Assembly: GCA_964586775.1 (NCBI GenBank)
Contig: CAZPJD010000184.1
Span: 69,987-133,986 of the forward strand
Direction of reading: 5' to 3'
Origin: an uncultured bacterium
GTDB taxonomy: Bacteria; Lernaellota; Lernaellaia; JACKCT01
DNA: 64,000 bases
The notes under the pieces are model-generated. The model was not told where the DNA came from. It saw only the letters and a list, made by a program, of their open reading frames with translations, and searched no databases. Made by a program: the position numbers and the translations under genes. Positions 33,595-43,469 of the stretch are shown in pieces; the first letter of the stretch is position 1, and each line of letters begins with the position of its first letter.

Positions 33595-35259
33595 ATGACG
33601 TTTCGGATTTCGGCGCTGCTGATCGGAACCTTGATGCTTGCCGCCTCGTTCGCATGGGCCGATGCGCCGATCGCACGGCACGCGATCGTCGCGCCCGGTT
33701 CCGGCGGATTCGACACCCTGGTTCCACCGCGCCAAACCACGCCGCGCACGGGTTCGCCCACCATCGCCGCGACGCGCAAGGTGCTCTTCGACACCTCGCA
33801 CTATCCCTACACCGACACGGGCGACCCCAGTACCGAGTTCGTCGCGTTCATCCAGACCTTCGAGACCTACGGCTTCGACGTCTACGTGCAGTCGGATTTC
33901 GCGAATCTGATGAATTACGACGTGGTGGTCATGAGCCTGCCGCAGATGGCGTTTTCGCCCAGCGACGTGACCGCCATCGAGGCGTATCTCGACGCGGGCA
34001 AGATCTTCATCATCTTCGGCGAATGGGGTGGTTACGACCCCGGCGGCGCGGGCGGCTGGACGAACCAGTACGTCAACGACCTGCTCGAAGACCTGGAGAC
34101 GGGTGTGCAGATCGTCGATTCGCAGGTCTACGAGCCGACCAGCTACTACCTCTACAACAAGTGGATCCTGCTCGACGAATTTTCCGATCACTGTCTCAAC
34201 GACGGGATCGGCATGGTCGTGCATCCGCGATGCAGCCACCTCGAAACCGACAACCCCGACAGCGGCCTCTACTTCTCGTCGCCGCAGTCGTACCTGCTCG
34301 AGTTCCCTTCGCAGAACGGCCCCTTCACGATCGCGGCCATTCCCGACCCCACCGTGCATCCCGACTGGAAGATGTTCATCATCGGCGACACCAACCTGTT
34401 CGCCAGCGATCCGCAGATCGACGCGTTCAACCTCTACGACAACCGGGACTACTCCATCAATCTGATGTTCTGGTGCGACATCGACTGCGACCTCGACAAC
34501 GACGGCTACGAGGGCGGCCAGTGCGGCGGCGACGATTGCGACGACTCCGATCCCGACGTCCACCCCGGCGCGACCGAGATCGACTGCGACGGCATCGATC
34601 AGAACTGCGACGGCGAATCGCCCTGCCCCTGCACCACCGACGAGCAGTGCAGCGACCACCAGTTCTGCAACGGCGTCGAAACCTGCAACACCGATACGGG
34701 CGAGTGCGAACCGGCGACCGAGGGTCCCTGCCTCGACGACGGCCTGTGGTGCAACGGCACCGAGCAGTGCAACGAATTCACCGACCAATGCTGGCAGTTC
34801 GGTGTGCCTTGCCCCGGCGATGACGGCGTCTATTGCAACGGCGAAGAAAGTTGCAACGAGGACTCGAACGAGTGCGAGAGTTCGGGCAATCCCTGCGCCG
34901 ACGACGGCGTCTTCTGCAACGGCTACGAAGAGTGCAACGAGTTGACCGACCTGTGCGAAACGAACTCCGTCTGCGAAGACGACGGCGCGTTCTGCAACGG
35001 CGACGAGACGTGCGTCGAAGAGACGCAGATTTGTGAGCACGCCGGAAACCCCTGCCCCGACGGCGCGATCTGCCTGGAGGACGAGGACTCCTGCGACGAG
35101 CCCGACGAGGACGACGACGTCGAGCCCCCGACGGATGACGACGAGGAAACGCCGCTGGCAGATCCGACGCCGTCCGGCGAGAAAGAGGACGAGGCGGGTT
35201 GGCCCGAGGGCCAAGTCACCGGCGGATGCTGCGGCTGCGGCGACAACGGATCGGATTGA
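33595..35259 (+). CDS. secreted protein with an N-terminal alpha/beta domain and C-terminal Myxococcales-type cysteine-rich repeats
   Basis: Signal peptide MTFRISALLIGTLMLAASFAWA; the track starts 4 codons earlier, at 33583. Repeated DDG(L/V/A)(W/Y/F)CNGxExCNE modules and a CDxDNDGY...DCDDSD metal-binding-like motif. The acidic tail ends in GGCCGCG. Confidence 0.8.
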   Translation: MTFRISALLIGTLMLAASFAWADAPIARHAIVAPGSGGFDTLVPPRQTTPRTGSPTIAATRKVLFDTSHYPYTDTGDPSTEFVAFIQTFETYGFDVYVQSDFANLMNYDVVVMSLPQMAFSPSDVTAIEAYLDAGKIFIIFGEWGGYDPGGAGGWTNQYVNDLLEDLETGVQIVDSQVYEPTSYYLYNKWILLDEFSDHCLNDGIGMVVHPRCSHLETDNPDSGLYFSSPQSYLLEFPSQNGPFTIAAIPDPTVHPDWKMFIIGDTNLFASDPQIDAFNLYDNRDYSINLMFWCDIDCDLDNDGYEGGQCGGDDCDDSDPDVHPGATEIDCDGIDQNCDGESPCPCTTDEQCSDHQFCNGVETCNTDTGECEPATEGPCLDDGLWCNGTEQCNEFTDQCWQFGVPCPGDDGVYCNGEESCNEDSNECESSGNPCADDGVFCNGYEECNELTDLCETNSVCEDDGAFCNGDETCVEETQICEHAGNPCPDGAICLEDEDSCDEPDEDDDVEPPTDDDEETPLADPTPSGEKEDEAGWPEGQVTGGCCGCGDNGSD

Positions 35260-35320
35260 GGTCGGCCGGCGACGACGTTCGTACGGATTCACGCGCCGAC
35301 GACACGAGGTCCGCGGACTG

Positions 35321-35995
35321 ATGGGTTCCGTTTCGGTCGAAAACTACCTCAAGGCCATCTTCGAGATCGAGGAGGAGCACGGCCGCGCCACGACGACGGC
35401 GCTGGCCGAGCGCCTCGCTATCGCCTCGCCATCGGTGACCGAGATGGTCAAGCGGCTCGCCGGCGAGAAACCGCCGCTGGTCGAATACCGCCGTCACCAC
35501 GGCGTGACGCTCTCCGACGAAGGTCGACGGCAAGCCCTGCGCGTGCTGCGCAGGCATCGTCTGCTCGAAACGTTTCTGATGCGCGTGCTCGGGTATTCGT
35601 GGGACGAGGTTCACGAGGAAGCGGAGCAGCTCGAGCATCACATCTCGGAGCGCTTCGAGAACCGCATCGCGGCCCTGCTCGATCATCCCGCGCACGACCC
35701 GCACGGCTCGCCCATCCCCGCCGAGGACGGCGCGATGGAAACCGTCGCCTCGATGTCGCTGCGCGATCTCGCCGTCGGACGCTCGGCGCGCGTGGTGCGG
35801 ATTCGCGACGATTCACCCGATCTGCTGCGCTACCTGGCCACGCTCGGCATCGAGCCCGATGCCGCGATCGAGGTCGAGGAGCGAAGCCCCTTCGACGGCC
35901 CCCTGCACGTGTTCGTGGGGACGGGAAGACGTCGCCGCCGGAAGGTCATCGGTCTCAATGCCGCGGGTCGCGTGCTCGTCAGTCGCGACGAGTGA
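35321..35995 (+). CDS. DtxR/MntR-family metal-dependent transcriptional regulator (with C-terminal FeoA/SH3-like domain)
   Basis: ATG at 35321 verified. An HTH is followed by the metal-binding/dimerisation region HISERFENRIAALLDHPAHDPHGSPIP and an SH3-like tail. 224 aa. The upstream 96 codons of the track ORF are Arg/Thr-rich and were discarded. Confidence 0.85.
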   Translation: MGSVSVENYLKAIFEIEEEHGRATTTALAERLAIASPSVTEMVKRLAGEKPPLVEYRRHHGVTLSDEGRRQALRVLRRHRLLETFLMRVLGYSWDEVHEEAEQLEHHISERFENRIAALLDHPAHDPHGSPIPAEDGAMETVASMSLRDLAVGRSARVVRIRDDSPDLLRYLATLGIEPDAAIEVEERSPFDGPLHVFVGTGRRRRRKVIGLNAAGRVLVSRDE

Positions 35996-36007
35996 AACCG
36001 AACCCGT

Positions 36008-37327
36008 TCAGCGTTTCGTCGCGGGCGGCGTGGGGCGAATCCGGTCGGTAATTGGGCGACCGTGGGGATCGTGGTCGGGATTCCCCAGATGCCCCGCCAG
36101 ATCTTCGCGCAGGTCGTCCGTCAGGTAGTGTTCCACGCGGTCCGCCGGTCCGTGCACGCGGTCGGGCGCAACGCCGAAATATTTCTCCAGATAGCTCTCC
36201 CACAACCGATGCCCGCGAATCAGATTCGCGGCCCGCGACGCGCCGCGTTCGGTGAGAATCAGGGAATCGGCGTCCCGCCGGATTTCGCGCGCGCGGATCG
36301 CCGCCGTGAGGGCAATGCGGGACCAAATCTCGCCGCCGACCGCCGACAAGGCGTCGCGCTCCGAGAGACGACGATCCGGCGACGCCTCGCGAAGGCGATA
36401 GAGCATGCCGAGCAGGTCCTCGCGCACCACGTTGAGCGCGGCCCAGGCACGGGAGACGCGCTTCGCGAGCCAGCCGTAGCGGGGCGCGAAAAAGACTACC
36501 AGCGCGAAGGTCAGCCCCGCGGCGACGGCCATCATTCCGGCGGCCGATGTGGACAGCGCGCTCGCGCCGAACCGACCCACGAGCGCGGCGAGCGCGCCGA
36601 GTGCGGCGGAGATGATCGCCATGACCCAGAGACGATCGGTGAGCAGGTACGCCGTCGCGGGCGGCACGATGAGCATCGCCACGACGAGGATCGACCCGAC
36701 CGCCTCGAACGCGGCGACGCAGTACGCGGCGGTCATGAACATCAGCGCCGCGTGAACCCACGACGCGCGGATCCCCAAGGTCGTCGCGAGGTCGGGGTCG
36801 AAGGACACGATTTTGAGTTCCTTCCAAAACGCGACCACGAATGCGATCACCGCGAGCGTCATGACGCCCATCGTGACGGTGATGCGCGGGACCTCGAAGC
36901 CCCATATCGCGCGCGTGTCCAGCGCCGCCGATTCGAGGATTCCATACAGCACGCACCCCGGATCGAGATCGACGGCGCTCGCCGAGCGCGTGATGATGAC
37001 GACGCCCGCGGCGAAGAGCGTCGTGAAGACCACGCCCATGGCCGCGTCCTCGGGCACGCCGGCGAAGCGGCGGATCCACTCGGTCAGCGCGGCGGTCGCC
37101 AAACCCGCCAGCGCCGCGCCGACGAGCATCGCCAACGGCGCGCGGGACTGCGTGACGACGAAAGAGATCGCCAGCCCCGGCAGGATTGCGTGAGAGATCG
37201 CGTCGCCCAGCAGACTCAGGCGGCGAAGAACGAGGTAGTTGCCGAGCAGCGCGCCCGACACGCCCACCATCGCACCGGTCACGACGATCCAGAACGCGAT
37301 GGCGTCGAACCCGAGCACCGTGCCCAT
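36008..37327 (-). CDS. metal (Mn/Zn) ABC transporter permease fused to a C-terminal DtxR-like metal-binding/dimerisation domain
   Basis: The start MGTVLGFDAIAFWIVV, with ATG at 37325-37327 overlapping the stop of the upstream permease. It has 8-9 TM segments of the MntB/TroD type. The C-terminus LWESYLEKYFG...HLGNPDHDPHGRPI parallels the DtxR-family domain of the regulator at 35321. Confidence 0.85.
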   Translation of the reverse strand: MGTVLGFDAIAFWIVVTGAMVGVSGALLGNYLVLRRLSLLGDAISHAILPGLAISFVVTQSRAPLAMLVGAALAGLATAALTEWIRRFAGVPEDAAMGVVFTTLFAAGVVIITRSASAVDLDPGCVLYGILESAALDTRAIWGFEVPRITVTMGVMTLAVIAFVVAFWKELKIVSFDPDLATTLGIRASWVHAALMFMTAAYCVAAFEAVGSILVVAMLIVPPATAYLLTDRLWVMAIISAALGALAALVGRFGASALSTSAAGMMAVAAGLTFALVVFFAPRYGWLAKRVSRAWAALNVVREDLLGMLYRLREASPDRRLSERDALSAVGGEIWSRIALTAAIRAREIRRDADSLILTERGASRAANLIRGHRLWESYLEKYFGVAPDRVHGPADRVEHYLTDDLREDLAGHLGNPDHDPHGRPITDRIRPTPPATKR

Positions 37328-38724
37328 CACGCCCCTCCCACGTGGGCGTGCGCTTTCGCGGGCTCGGGCCACCGGCCCTCGCGGCGAAGCATCGACTCCA
37401 ATTCCTCGACGAGCGAGGGCGGTAGCGCCTGCTCGAGCTGCGTCGTGTCGCGATCGGCGTAGTCGCCGGCGACATCGGCATAGCGCGTCAGAAACAGTTC
37501 CCACAACCGTCTCGACTTGGCGACCGCCGCGGCGTCGGCAAGCCCACTCGGGGTCAATCGAACGCTTCCGTCCGACAACTCGACCTGCCTGCGGCGGATT
37601 GCGATGGCGATTTCGTGGTGGACATGGCGCTCGCTCCACGACCTGGCGGTCAGCACCCGATCGAGGGGGATCGCGGGAAGTGCGACGGGGTTCGGGCCGG
37701 AAAGTTCGTAGAGCGTGCGCAGGAGATTTTGCCGCGCGACGCGCGAGCGCATCGACGCAAATGAAATCGCGCGGGAGATGACGCCGCGTCGCGGGGCGAC
37801 GAGCATGGACACGGAAAAGATCGCCCCGCCGGTAAGCACGATCATCGCCCCGGCGGGAAACTCCGACCAATGCGCGCTCGCCGCCGTTCCCGCCGCGCCG
37901 GTCACGAGGCCGAATATTCCCGCGAGGATGAGCATGTGGCCGAGGCGCTCGGTCCAGAATCGCGCCGAAACGCCGGGCAGGATGATGAGCGACGCCATGA
38001 GCACGACGCCGACGGCGGGAAGACCGATGACGACCGCCGCGACGAGCAGCGCCATCATGAGCGCGTCGAGCGCCAATACGGGGAAGCCCTGGACCGACGC
38101 GAACGCGGCGTCGAAGGACAGGAGCTTGAATTCCTTGTAGAGCAGCAGCGTGATCGCGACGATGTTCGCGCCCACGAGGGCGATGAAGACGAGATCCTGG
38201 CTCACCATGCCGGCCGTCTTGCCGAGCAGAAACGAGTCGAGCCCCGCCTGCCTACCGGTCGGATCGTTCTGCGCGATGCCCGACAGCGCGATTCCCGCGC
38301 CATAGAAGACCGATAGCACGATGCCGATCGCCGCGTCGGCCTTGATGCGCGTGTGCCGCTGCAGCCACGACACGCACGTCGATCCCAATAGGCCGGAGGC
38401 CAGCGCCCCCGCCAGAAGCCACGCGAAGTCCCGCTCGCGCAGGACCAGAAACGCCGCGGCCACGCCGGGCAGCGCCGCATGGGCGACCGCGTCTCCGACC
38501 AGCGAACGACGGCGCAGCACGGCGTAAGAACCGATGATGCCCGATGCCGCGCCCAGCAGGCTCGTTCCCAGCAGCACGAGGAGCGTGTTGTACTGAAGTC
38601 CGACGGCGCCCGCGACGGTCTCGACGATGCGCACCACGCCCGCCGGACCGACGAGCGCGTGCGCGGCGGCCTGCGCGCCGATCAGCACCCCCAGGACGAT
38701 GGCGAGTCGCCGCAGCGGCATCAC
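37327..38724 (-). CDS. metal ABC transporter permease (second TroC/MntB-type subunit), also carrying a C-terminal DtxR-like extension
   Basis: The TM core is paralogous to the downstream permease. The C-terminal soluble tail is RRLWELFLTRYADVAGDYADRDTTQLEQ. 465 aa. Confidence 0.85.
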   Translation of the reverse strand: MMPLRRLAIVLGVLIGAQAAAHALVGPAGVVRIVETVAGAVGLQYNTLLVLLGTSLLGAASGIIGSYAVLRRRSLVGDAVAHAALPGVAAAFLVLRERDFAWLLAGALASGLLGSTCVSWLQRHTRIKADAAIGIVLSVFYGAGIALSGIAQNDPTGRQAGLDSFLLGKTAGMVSQDLVFIALVGANIVAITLLLYKEFKLLSFDAAFASVQGFPVLALDALMMALLVAAVVIGLPAVGVVLMASLIILPGVSARFWTERLGHMLILAGIFGLVTGAAGTAASAHWSEFPAGAMIVLTGGAIFSVSMLVAPRRGVISRAISFASMRSRVARQNLLRTLYELSGPNPVALPAIPLDRVLTARSWSERHVHHEIAIAIRRRQVELSDGSVRLTPSGLADAAAVAKSRRLWELFLTRYADVAGDYADRDTTQLEQALPPSLVEELESMLRREGRWPEPAKAHAHVGGA

Positions 38725-38758
38725 ATCCCCGAAAATCCCGGCAAACGTCCGCTCGCGC

Positions 38759-39556
38759 TCATCGCGTCGCCCGACGCACGGCTTCCGCCGCCTGATCGAG
38801 GTGCGTGAGACGGCCGCCGTAGGTTTTTTGCAGATTCTCGGTCGTATAGGTTTCCTCGACGGGACCGCTGGCGACGACGCGCATGTTGAGCAGAACGAGG
38901 TGGTCGAAGTAGTCGCGCACCGTTTGCAACGTGTGATGCACGACCACGACCGTTTTTCCCGAGTCCTTGAGCTCGTGGAGCAGGTTCAGGATCGCCCGTT
39001 CGGTGGCGGCATCCACGCCCGCGAAGGGTTCGTCCATGAAATACAGCCGCGCGTCCTGAGCGAGCGCGCGAGCGAGAAACACGCGCTGTTGCTGTCCGCC
39101 CGAGAGCTGGTTGATCTGGCGCTTCGCGAATCCGCCCATGCCGACCTTTTCCAAACATTCGAGCGCGCGCGCCGCGTCGGCCTTGCCGGGACGGCGAAGC
39201 CACCCGATGCGCCCGTAGCATCCCATCAGGACGACCTCGAGCGCGCTGACCGGAAAGTCCCAATCGACGGACTCACGCTGCGGGACATAACCGACGAGCG
39301 ATCGCTGCTCTTCGTAAGGTTTGCCGAAGATTTCGACCTTGCCGCTCGCGCGCGGGATGAGACCGAGCACGGCCTTCATGAACGTGCTCTTGCCCGCGCC
39401 GTTGGGACCGACGATGGCGATCAGCCGCCGCGCGGGCAGCGAGAGATCGACATCCCAGAGCACGGGCTTGCGATGATACGCCACCGTCAAATCGCGAACC
39501 GACAGCGGCGGGGATTCGCCAGTATCGATTTCGGCTCGTTCGAGCGCGGTGCTCAT
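38759..39556 (-). CDS. metal ABC transporter ATP-binding protein (MntA/ZnuC/TroB-like)
   Basis: Walker [10 protein letters not shown], signature LSGGQQQRV, Walker [13 protein letters not shown]. The start is probably MSTALE; the track starts 2 codons earlier, at 39562. Confidence 0.85.
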   Translation of the reverse strand: MSTALERAEIDTGESPPLSVRDLTVAYHRKPVLWDVDLSLPARRLIAIVGPNGAGKSTFMKAVLGLIPRASGKVEIFGKPYEEQRSLVGYVPQRESVDWDFPVSALEVVLMGCYGRIGWLRRPGKADAARALECLEKVGMGGFAKRQINQLSGGQQQRVFLARALAQDARLYFMDEPFAGVDAATERAILNLLHELKDSGKTVVVVHHTLQTVRDYFDHLVLLNMRVVASGPVEETYTTENLQKTYGGRLTHLDQAAEAVRRATR

Positions 39557-39563
39557 GCCCACC

Positions 39564-40538
39564 TCACTTCAACGCGGCGACGACGGTGTTCACGTTGTGG
39601 CGCACCATGCCGACGTAGGTGCCCTCGGGCGAACCCTCGGCGCCCATGGCGTCGCTGAAGAGCTGGCCGCCGACGGTGACCGACGCGCCGCGCGACCGCG
39701 CACCCTCGACGAGCGCCTCGACGTTTTTGCGCGGCACGCTGGACTCGACGAAGACCGCCTTCACGCCGCGCTTGGCGATGAGATCGACGAGGGCGTTGAT
39801 CTCTTTCACCCCGGCCTCGCTCTCGGTGCTGATGCCCTGAATCCCGCGGACCTCCATCCCGTACGCCCGTCCGAAATAGCCGAACGCGTCGTGCGCCGTG
39901 ATGAGCACGCGGCGCTGGGGAGGAATGGTCTGGATCTGCTCGCCCACCCATTGGTGCAGGGTCTGAAGCTCCGCGGTCAGTGCCGCCGCGTTTTTCTCGA
40001 AGTCCGACTTGTGCGCCGGGTCGATTTCGGCGAGCCCGTCCCGGATCGCCTCGGCGGCGGACATCCACATCGACACGTCAAACCAGATGTGCGGATCGTA
40101 GTTGCCCTGCATCTCGGGCGGCTCGCGCAGCTTCGACGGATCGATCTTGCCGCTGACGGGAATCACCGGCTTCTTGCGCGCCAGTGATACCAGGATGTCG
40201 CCGAGTTTTCCTTCGAGATGCAGCCCGTTGTAAAACACGATGTCCGCGCCCGAGAGAAGCCGGATGTCGGATTCGTTGGCCTTGTACAGATGCGGATCGG
40301 TCCCCGGGCCCATCAAGCCGGTCGCGCGGACGTGTTCGCCGCCAACGATGCGAACCATATCGGTGATCATGCCGATCGTGGCGACGGCATTGATCGGGCC
40401 GGTCTTCGGTGCCGGGGCGGTCTCTTTCGCGGGGACCGCCTCGCCGCCTTTGCACGCGGCAAAAAGACACCAGAAACCGATCGCGAAATAAACGGGAAGA
40501 AGGCTGGATTTGGACAGGGCCAAGCGGAATTTGCGCAT
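39564..40538 (-). CDS. metal ABC transporter substrate-binding lipoprotein (TroA/MntC/ZnuA cluster-9 family)
   Basis: Lipobox LFAAC and typical cluster-9 solute-binding-protein motifs ([17 protein letters not shown]). 324 aa. Confidence 0.85.
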   Translation of the reverse strand: MRKFRLALSKSSLLPVYFAIGFWCLFAACKGGEAVPAKETAPAPKTGPINAVATIGMITDMVRIVGGEHVRATGLMGPGTDPHLYKANESDIRLLSGADIVFYNGLHLEGKLGDILVSLARKKPVIPVSGKIDPSKLREPPEMQGNYDPHIWFDVSMWMSAAEAIRDGLAEIDPAHKSDFEKNAAALTAELQTLHQWVGEQIQTIPPQRRVLITAHDAFGYFGRAYGMEVRGIQGISTESEAGVKEINALVDLIAKRGVKAVFVESSVPRKNVEALVEGARSRGASVTVGGQLFSDAMGAEGSPEGTYVGMVRHNVNTVVAALK

Positions 40539-40576
40539 GACGACCTCTTCGTGTCACGTTTGTCCTAATTCATGTT

Positions 40577-40590
40577 TTAGTCAAGCCTAA
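40577..40590. promoter_or_regulatory. palindromic putative metalloregulator (DtxR/MntR-type) operator TTAGTCAAGCCTAA at the mnt/tro promoter
   Basis: The half-sites TTAGGC and TTAGTC are inverted, with a TTAGG core as in DtxR-family boxes. The site overlaps a TTGACT -35-like hexamer about 40-55 nt upstream of the TroA-like start. A second TTAGG copy lies at 40564-40570. Confidence 0.3.
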
Positions 40591-40632
40591 TAGTATGACG
40601 AACATCAGACCCGCGCCGCTTCGGCCCGGGGC

Positions 40633-42423
40633 TTATTCGTCGATCTCGTGCTCGAAGACGAATTCGACGCGGCGGTTTTTTTGGCGATCTGGCTCGTTGG
40701 TGTTCGGCGCGATCGGCTTCGACGGCCCGTAGCCCACGGCATAAAGCAGCTTGGGATCGACGCCGCGCTGGATCAGCCATGCGCGTACGGCCTCGGCGCG
40801 TCGCTGCGAGAGGCGCTCGTTGTGCACGATCCAGCCCTCGCCCGAGGTGTGCCCCTCGATGCGCACGCGCTTGACGCCGGCCGCGGCCTGCTCCGCCTTG
40901 ATCTTCGCGAGCGCGTCTTGCAGGACGGGGGCCGAGATGTCGCGGATGCGCGGCGAATCGAAGAAGAAGTGGATCGTGCCGGTCAGGATGACCTTTTTTT
41001 GCAGCACGATCGTGACCTCGCGCTTCTCGCCCGGTTCCAGCGTGACGCCGACGTCCTCGAAGGTGAATCCCGAGCCGGTTCCGCGCACGAGGTATTCGCC
41101 CGGTTCGAGATCGCCGGTCCAAGTTCCGGCGGGCAGCTCGTGCGTGATCGATCCCGGCTCATCCATGCGCGTGATCGTGATCGTCGAATTTGCGATGGGT
41201 GACTTGTCCTTCTCAAAAACAACGCGAACGCTCAGTTGCGGCATCGGCGGCGGAACCGGCGAGAGCGCGAACGACACCGTCCGCTGCTGCGTGTCGGGCA
41301 GATCCACGGTCGCCGACTGGGCGATGTAACCGTCGGCCGACGCGCCGATCGTGTAGGAACCCGGCTCGATCACCGCGCCCCAGGTCCCCGCCCCGTCGGT
41401 TATTACGGTGAACGACTTTTCGCCCGTGACATCGAGCGTCGCCGCGAGCGGCTGGCCGTCCGCGTTCGTCACGACGACATCGAGCCGTCCCTGCGGCACG
41501 TACACGGGCTTCTTCACGCACGTCGGGTAGTAGTCGAATCCCGCGACGGCCCGGTATTGCGGCGAACCGAGCCCGCCGCCGAATCCCCCGCCGCCCCCGC
41601 CGATCACGCGGAACCCCGAGCCGAACTTCCAGCGCAGGGTCGCCAGAGCTTCCATCGGCACCGGTCGGATCTCGTCGTTGGTCTCGTTCGCGTCCGACCA
41701 AAACGACTCGCCGAAGTACTCGATCGAGAAACCGAAGCCCGATGCGAAATCGCGCGAGATGCCCGCGCCGAAGAGGATCGAGTCGCCCACCTCGAGGCCC
41801 AGGACCTCGCGCGTCGGCCGGTAGAGGTATCCGCCGCTCGCGGCGATGTTGAAGATCCCCAGATCCTTCTCGACGATCAGTTTCGCGCCGGGATTGACCG
41901 TCCCCTCGCCGAGCAGTCGATCGGGATCGCCCGTGGGAAACGTGGCAAACGCCGCGAGCGCGAGGCCGAAGGGGCCGGGGTCATCGCGCACGAGGCCGAA
42001 CTTGATCTCGCCCTTCAGGTCGCCGAACGCGCTTGCGTTTTCCTGCGCGGCGCCTTGGGTGCCGAGTTCCTCGATGTCGTCCAGCGACTTTCCGCGCGCT
42101 CGAACGTGAAACGGCGCTTCAACGCCCAGGCTCAGCCAACGCCACGGCGAGAACGCCGCCGTCAGGTGCGCAGTCGCCACCGACGCGAAGACGGCGGAAT
42201 CGAAGTCGTCGTCAATGCGTTGCTCGACGAGCCCCGAGGCGTAATCGCCATAAAGCCCGAAGCCGTAGCACATCCGCGGCATCGTGGCGGCGTCTTCGAT
42301 CGCGAGAAATCGCCCGTTGAAAATGCTCGGGCGAAACATCTGAGCGTTGTACGACTGATCGACCGCCATGGCCGGCGCGGTCAGCGCGAGCAGGACGGTC
42401 GCGATAAAAAGCGCGCGCCTCAT
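40633..42423 (-). CDS. OmpA-family outer-membrane protein with central carboxypeptidase-regulatory-like domains
   Basis: A signal peptide and an N-terminal beta-barrel-like region. The C-terminal OmpA/MotB peptidoglycan-binding domain has the motifs IEGHTS...NERLSQRRAEAV...GYGPSKPIAPN...RRVEF. 596 aa. Confidence 0.85.
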   Translation of the reverse strand: MRRALFIATVLLALTAPAMAVDQSYNAQMFRPSIFNGRFLAIEDAATMPRMCYGFGLYGDYASGLVEQRIDDDFDSAVFASVATAHLTAAFSPWRWLSLGVEAPFHVRARGKSLDDIEELGTQGAAQENASAFGDLKGEIKFGLVRDDPGPFGLALAAFATFPTGDPDRLLGEGTVNPGAKLIVEKDLGIFNIAASGGYLYRPTREVLGLEVGDSILFGAGISRDFASGFGFSIEYFGESFWSDANETNDEIRPVPMEALATLRWKFGSGFRVIGGGGGGFGGGLGSPQYRAVAGFDYYPTCVKKPVYVPQGRLDVVVTNADGQPLAATLDVTGEKSFTVITDGAGTWGAVIEPGSYTIGASADGYIAQSATVDLPDTQQRTVSFALSPVPPPMPQLSVRVVFEKDKSPIANSTITITRMDEPGSITHELPAGTWTGDLEPGEYLVRGTGSGFTFEDVGVTLEPGEKREVTIVLQKKVILTGTIHFFFDSPRIRDISAPVLQDALAKIKAEQAAAGVKRVRIEGHTSGEGWIVHNERLSQRRAEAVRAWLIQRGVDPKLLYAVGYGPSKPIAPNTNEPDRQKNRRVEFVFEHEIDE

Positions 42424-43469
42424 AGCGAGCAGGACCCGCCGGTGTATTCCACGGCCTCGTCCTTCGGCGTCGGCGCTGGACCGGCGTCGTCATCGGCGTC
42501 GTCATCCGCCGCCGCGTCGTCGTCCATGTCGTCGTCCGCGGTGTCGTCATCGGTCGTATCATCGTCCGCGTCATCATCCGCATCGTCATCCGAGTCGTCA
42601 TCGGTGTCGTCGTCAGTGTCGTCGTCGCCGGGCTGCGTTGTCGTGGTGGTCGATGTCGGGACGCTGGTCGTCGTCGTCGTGGTCGTGGTGGGTTCCGTCG
42701 ATGTTGTCGTCGTGGGCGACGTGGTCGACGTGGTCGTCGGCTCCGTCGTGGTCGTGGTGGTCGTCGTTGGTTCCGTCGTTGTCGTGGGCTCGGTCGTGGT
42801 GGTCGTGGTGGTGGTCGTGGTGGTGGTCGTCGTCACGAGGCAGTATTCGGTGATGGCGCGAATCATCACGTTGCCGTCGGGCCGCACCACATCCCAGCCG
42901 GTCCAGCCATCCTCGTCGTTGCCGACCCAGCCGTGTCCCGCGTGCGGAAGATCCTGATCGAGGCCCACCCCGCTGTCACCCGGCCCGGTCTGGAACTCCA
43001 CGCCCATGCACCAAGCGCCGCTCGCGATCGGGGTCGCAAAGACCGCCTCTCCGGAGACATCCAAGCTAAAAAACCCCGCGCCCGGCGGATCGAAGACACC
43101 CGAGACGAACCACGGCGCGGCATCCGGGGGCGAAATGGCGTCGGTCGCCGAATAGACCACCCAGCGCATCGACGACGTTTCTTCAATGCCGACTAAAAAC
43201 GCTGATATTTCAATCAAATACGATGGGTACTGCTCGGGGACGATGCACGTGATGTACTGCGTGCCGGGGAAAGCGGTGAAGAGCGAGTCCCAAGCCCCGT
43301 CGTCCTCGATCAGGTCCTCGGTGGCCGAGACCTCGCACTCCGCGGTCGCCGCGTCGAAGTCCGAAGTCGTCCATTGCCCCGATGCACCGAGGACGACGAA
43401 CGAGATCGCCCCCATCAGGGCGTACAGGCCGATCTGAACAAATCGACGTCTCGCGCGCAACGAAGCCAC
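42420..43469 (-). CDS. secreted protein with a globular N-domain, poly-Thr linker and poly-Asp tail
   Basis: GTG start at 43467-43469 with a signal-anchor. It has a 180-aa normal-composition domain, about 70 residues of T/P/E/S (TTTTTTTTTTTTTEPTTTTEPTTTT...), and then D-rich tripeptide repeats (DDDTDDDTDDDSDDDADDD...). The stop overlaps the OmpA-family start (ATGA). Confidence 0.55.
   Translation of the reverse strand: MASLRARRRFVQIGLYALMGAISFVVLGASGQWTTSDFDAATAECEVSATEDLIEDDGAWDSLFTAFPGTQYITCIVPEQYPSYLIEISAFLVGIEETSSMRWVVYSATDAISPPDAAPWFVSGVFDPPGAGFFSLDVSGEAVFATPIASGAWCMGVEFQTGPGDSGVGLDQDLPHAGHGWVGNDEDGWTGWDVVRPDGNVMIRAITEYCLVTTTTTTTTTTTTTTEPTTTTEPTTTTTTTTEPTTTSTTSPTTTTSTEPTTTTTTTTSVPTSTTTTTQPGDDDTDDDTDDDSDDDADDDADDDTTDDDTADDDMDDDAAADDDADDDAGPAPTPKDEAVEYTGGSCSL
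42440..42840. repeat. coding microsatellite-like tandem codon repeats ((GAC/GAT)n and (ACC/ACG)n) inside the Thr/Asp-rich gene
   Basis: On the + strand there are runs of gtcgtcatc... and ggtcgtggtggt... units over about 400 nt. They generate long spurious ORFs in several frames. Confidence 0.6.

Noticed and set aside
42440-42840. Possible CRISPR-like regular repeats
   Set aside because: The periodicity is 3-9 nt codon repeats inside a coding region (poly-Thr/poly-Asp). It is not the 28-37-nt repeat/spacer architecture.
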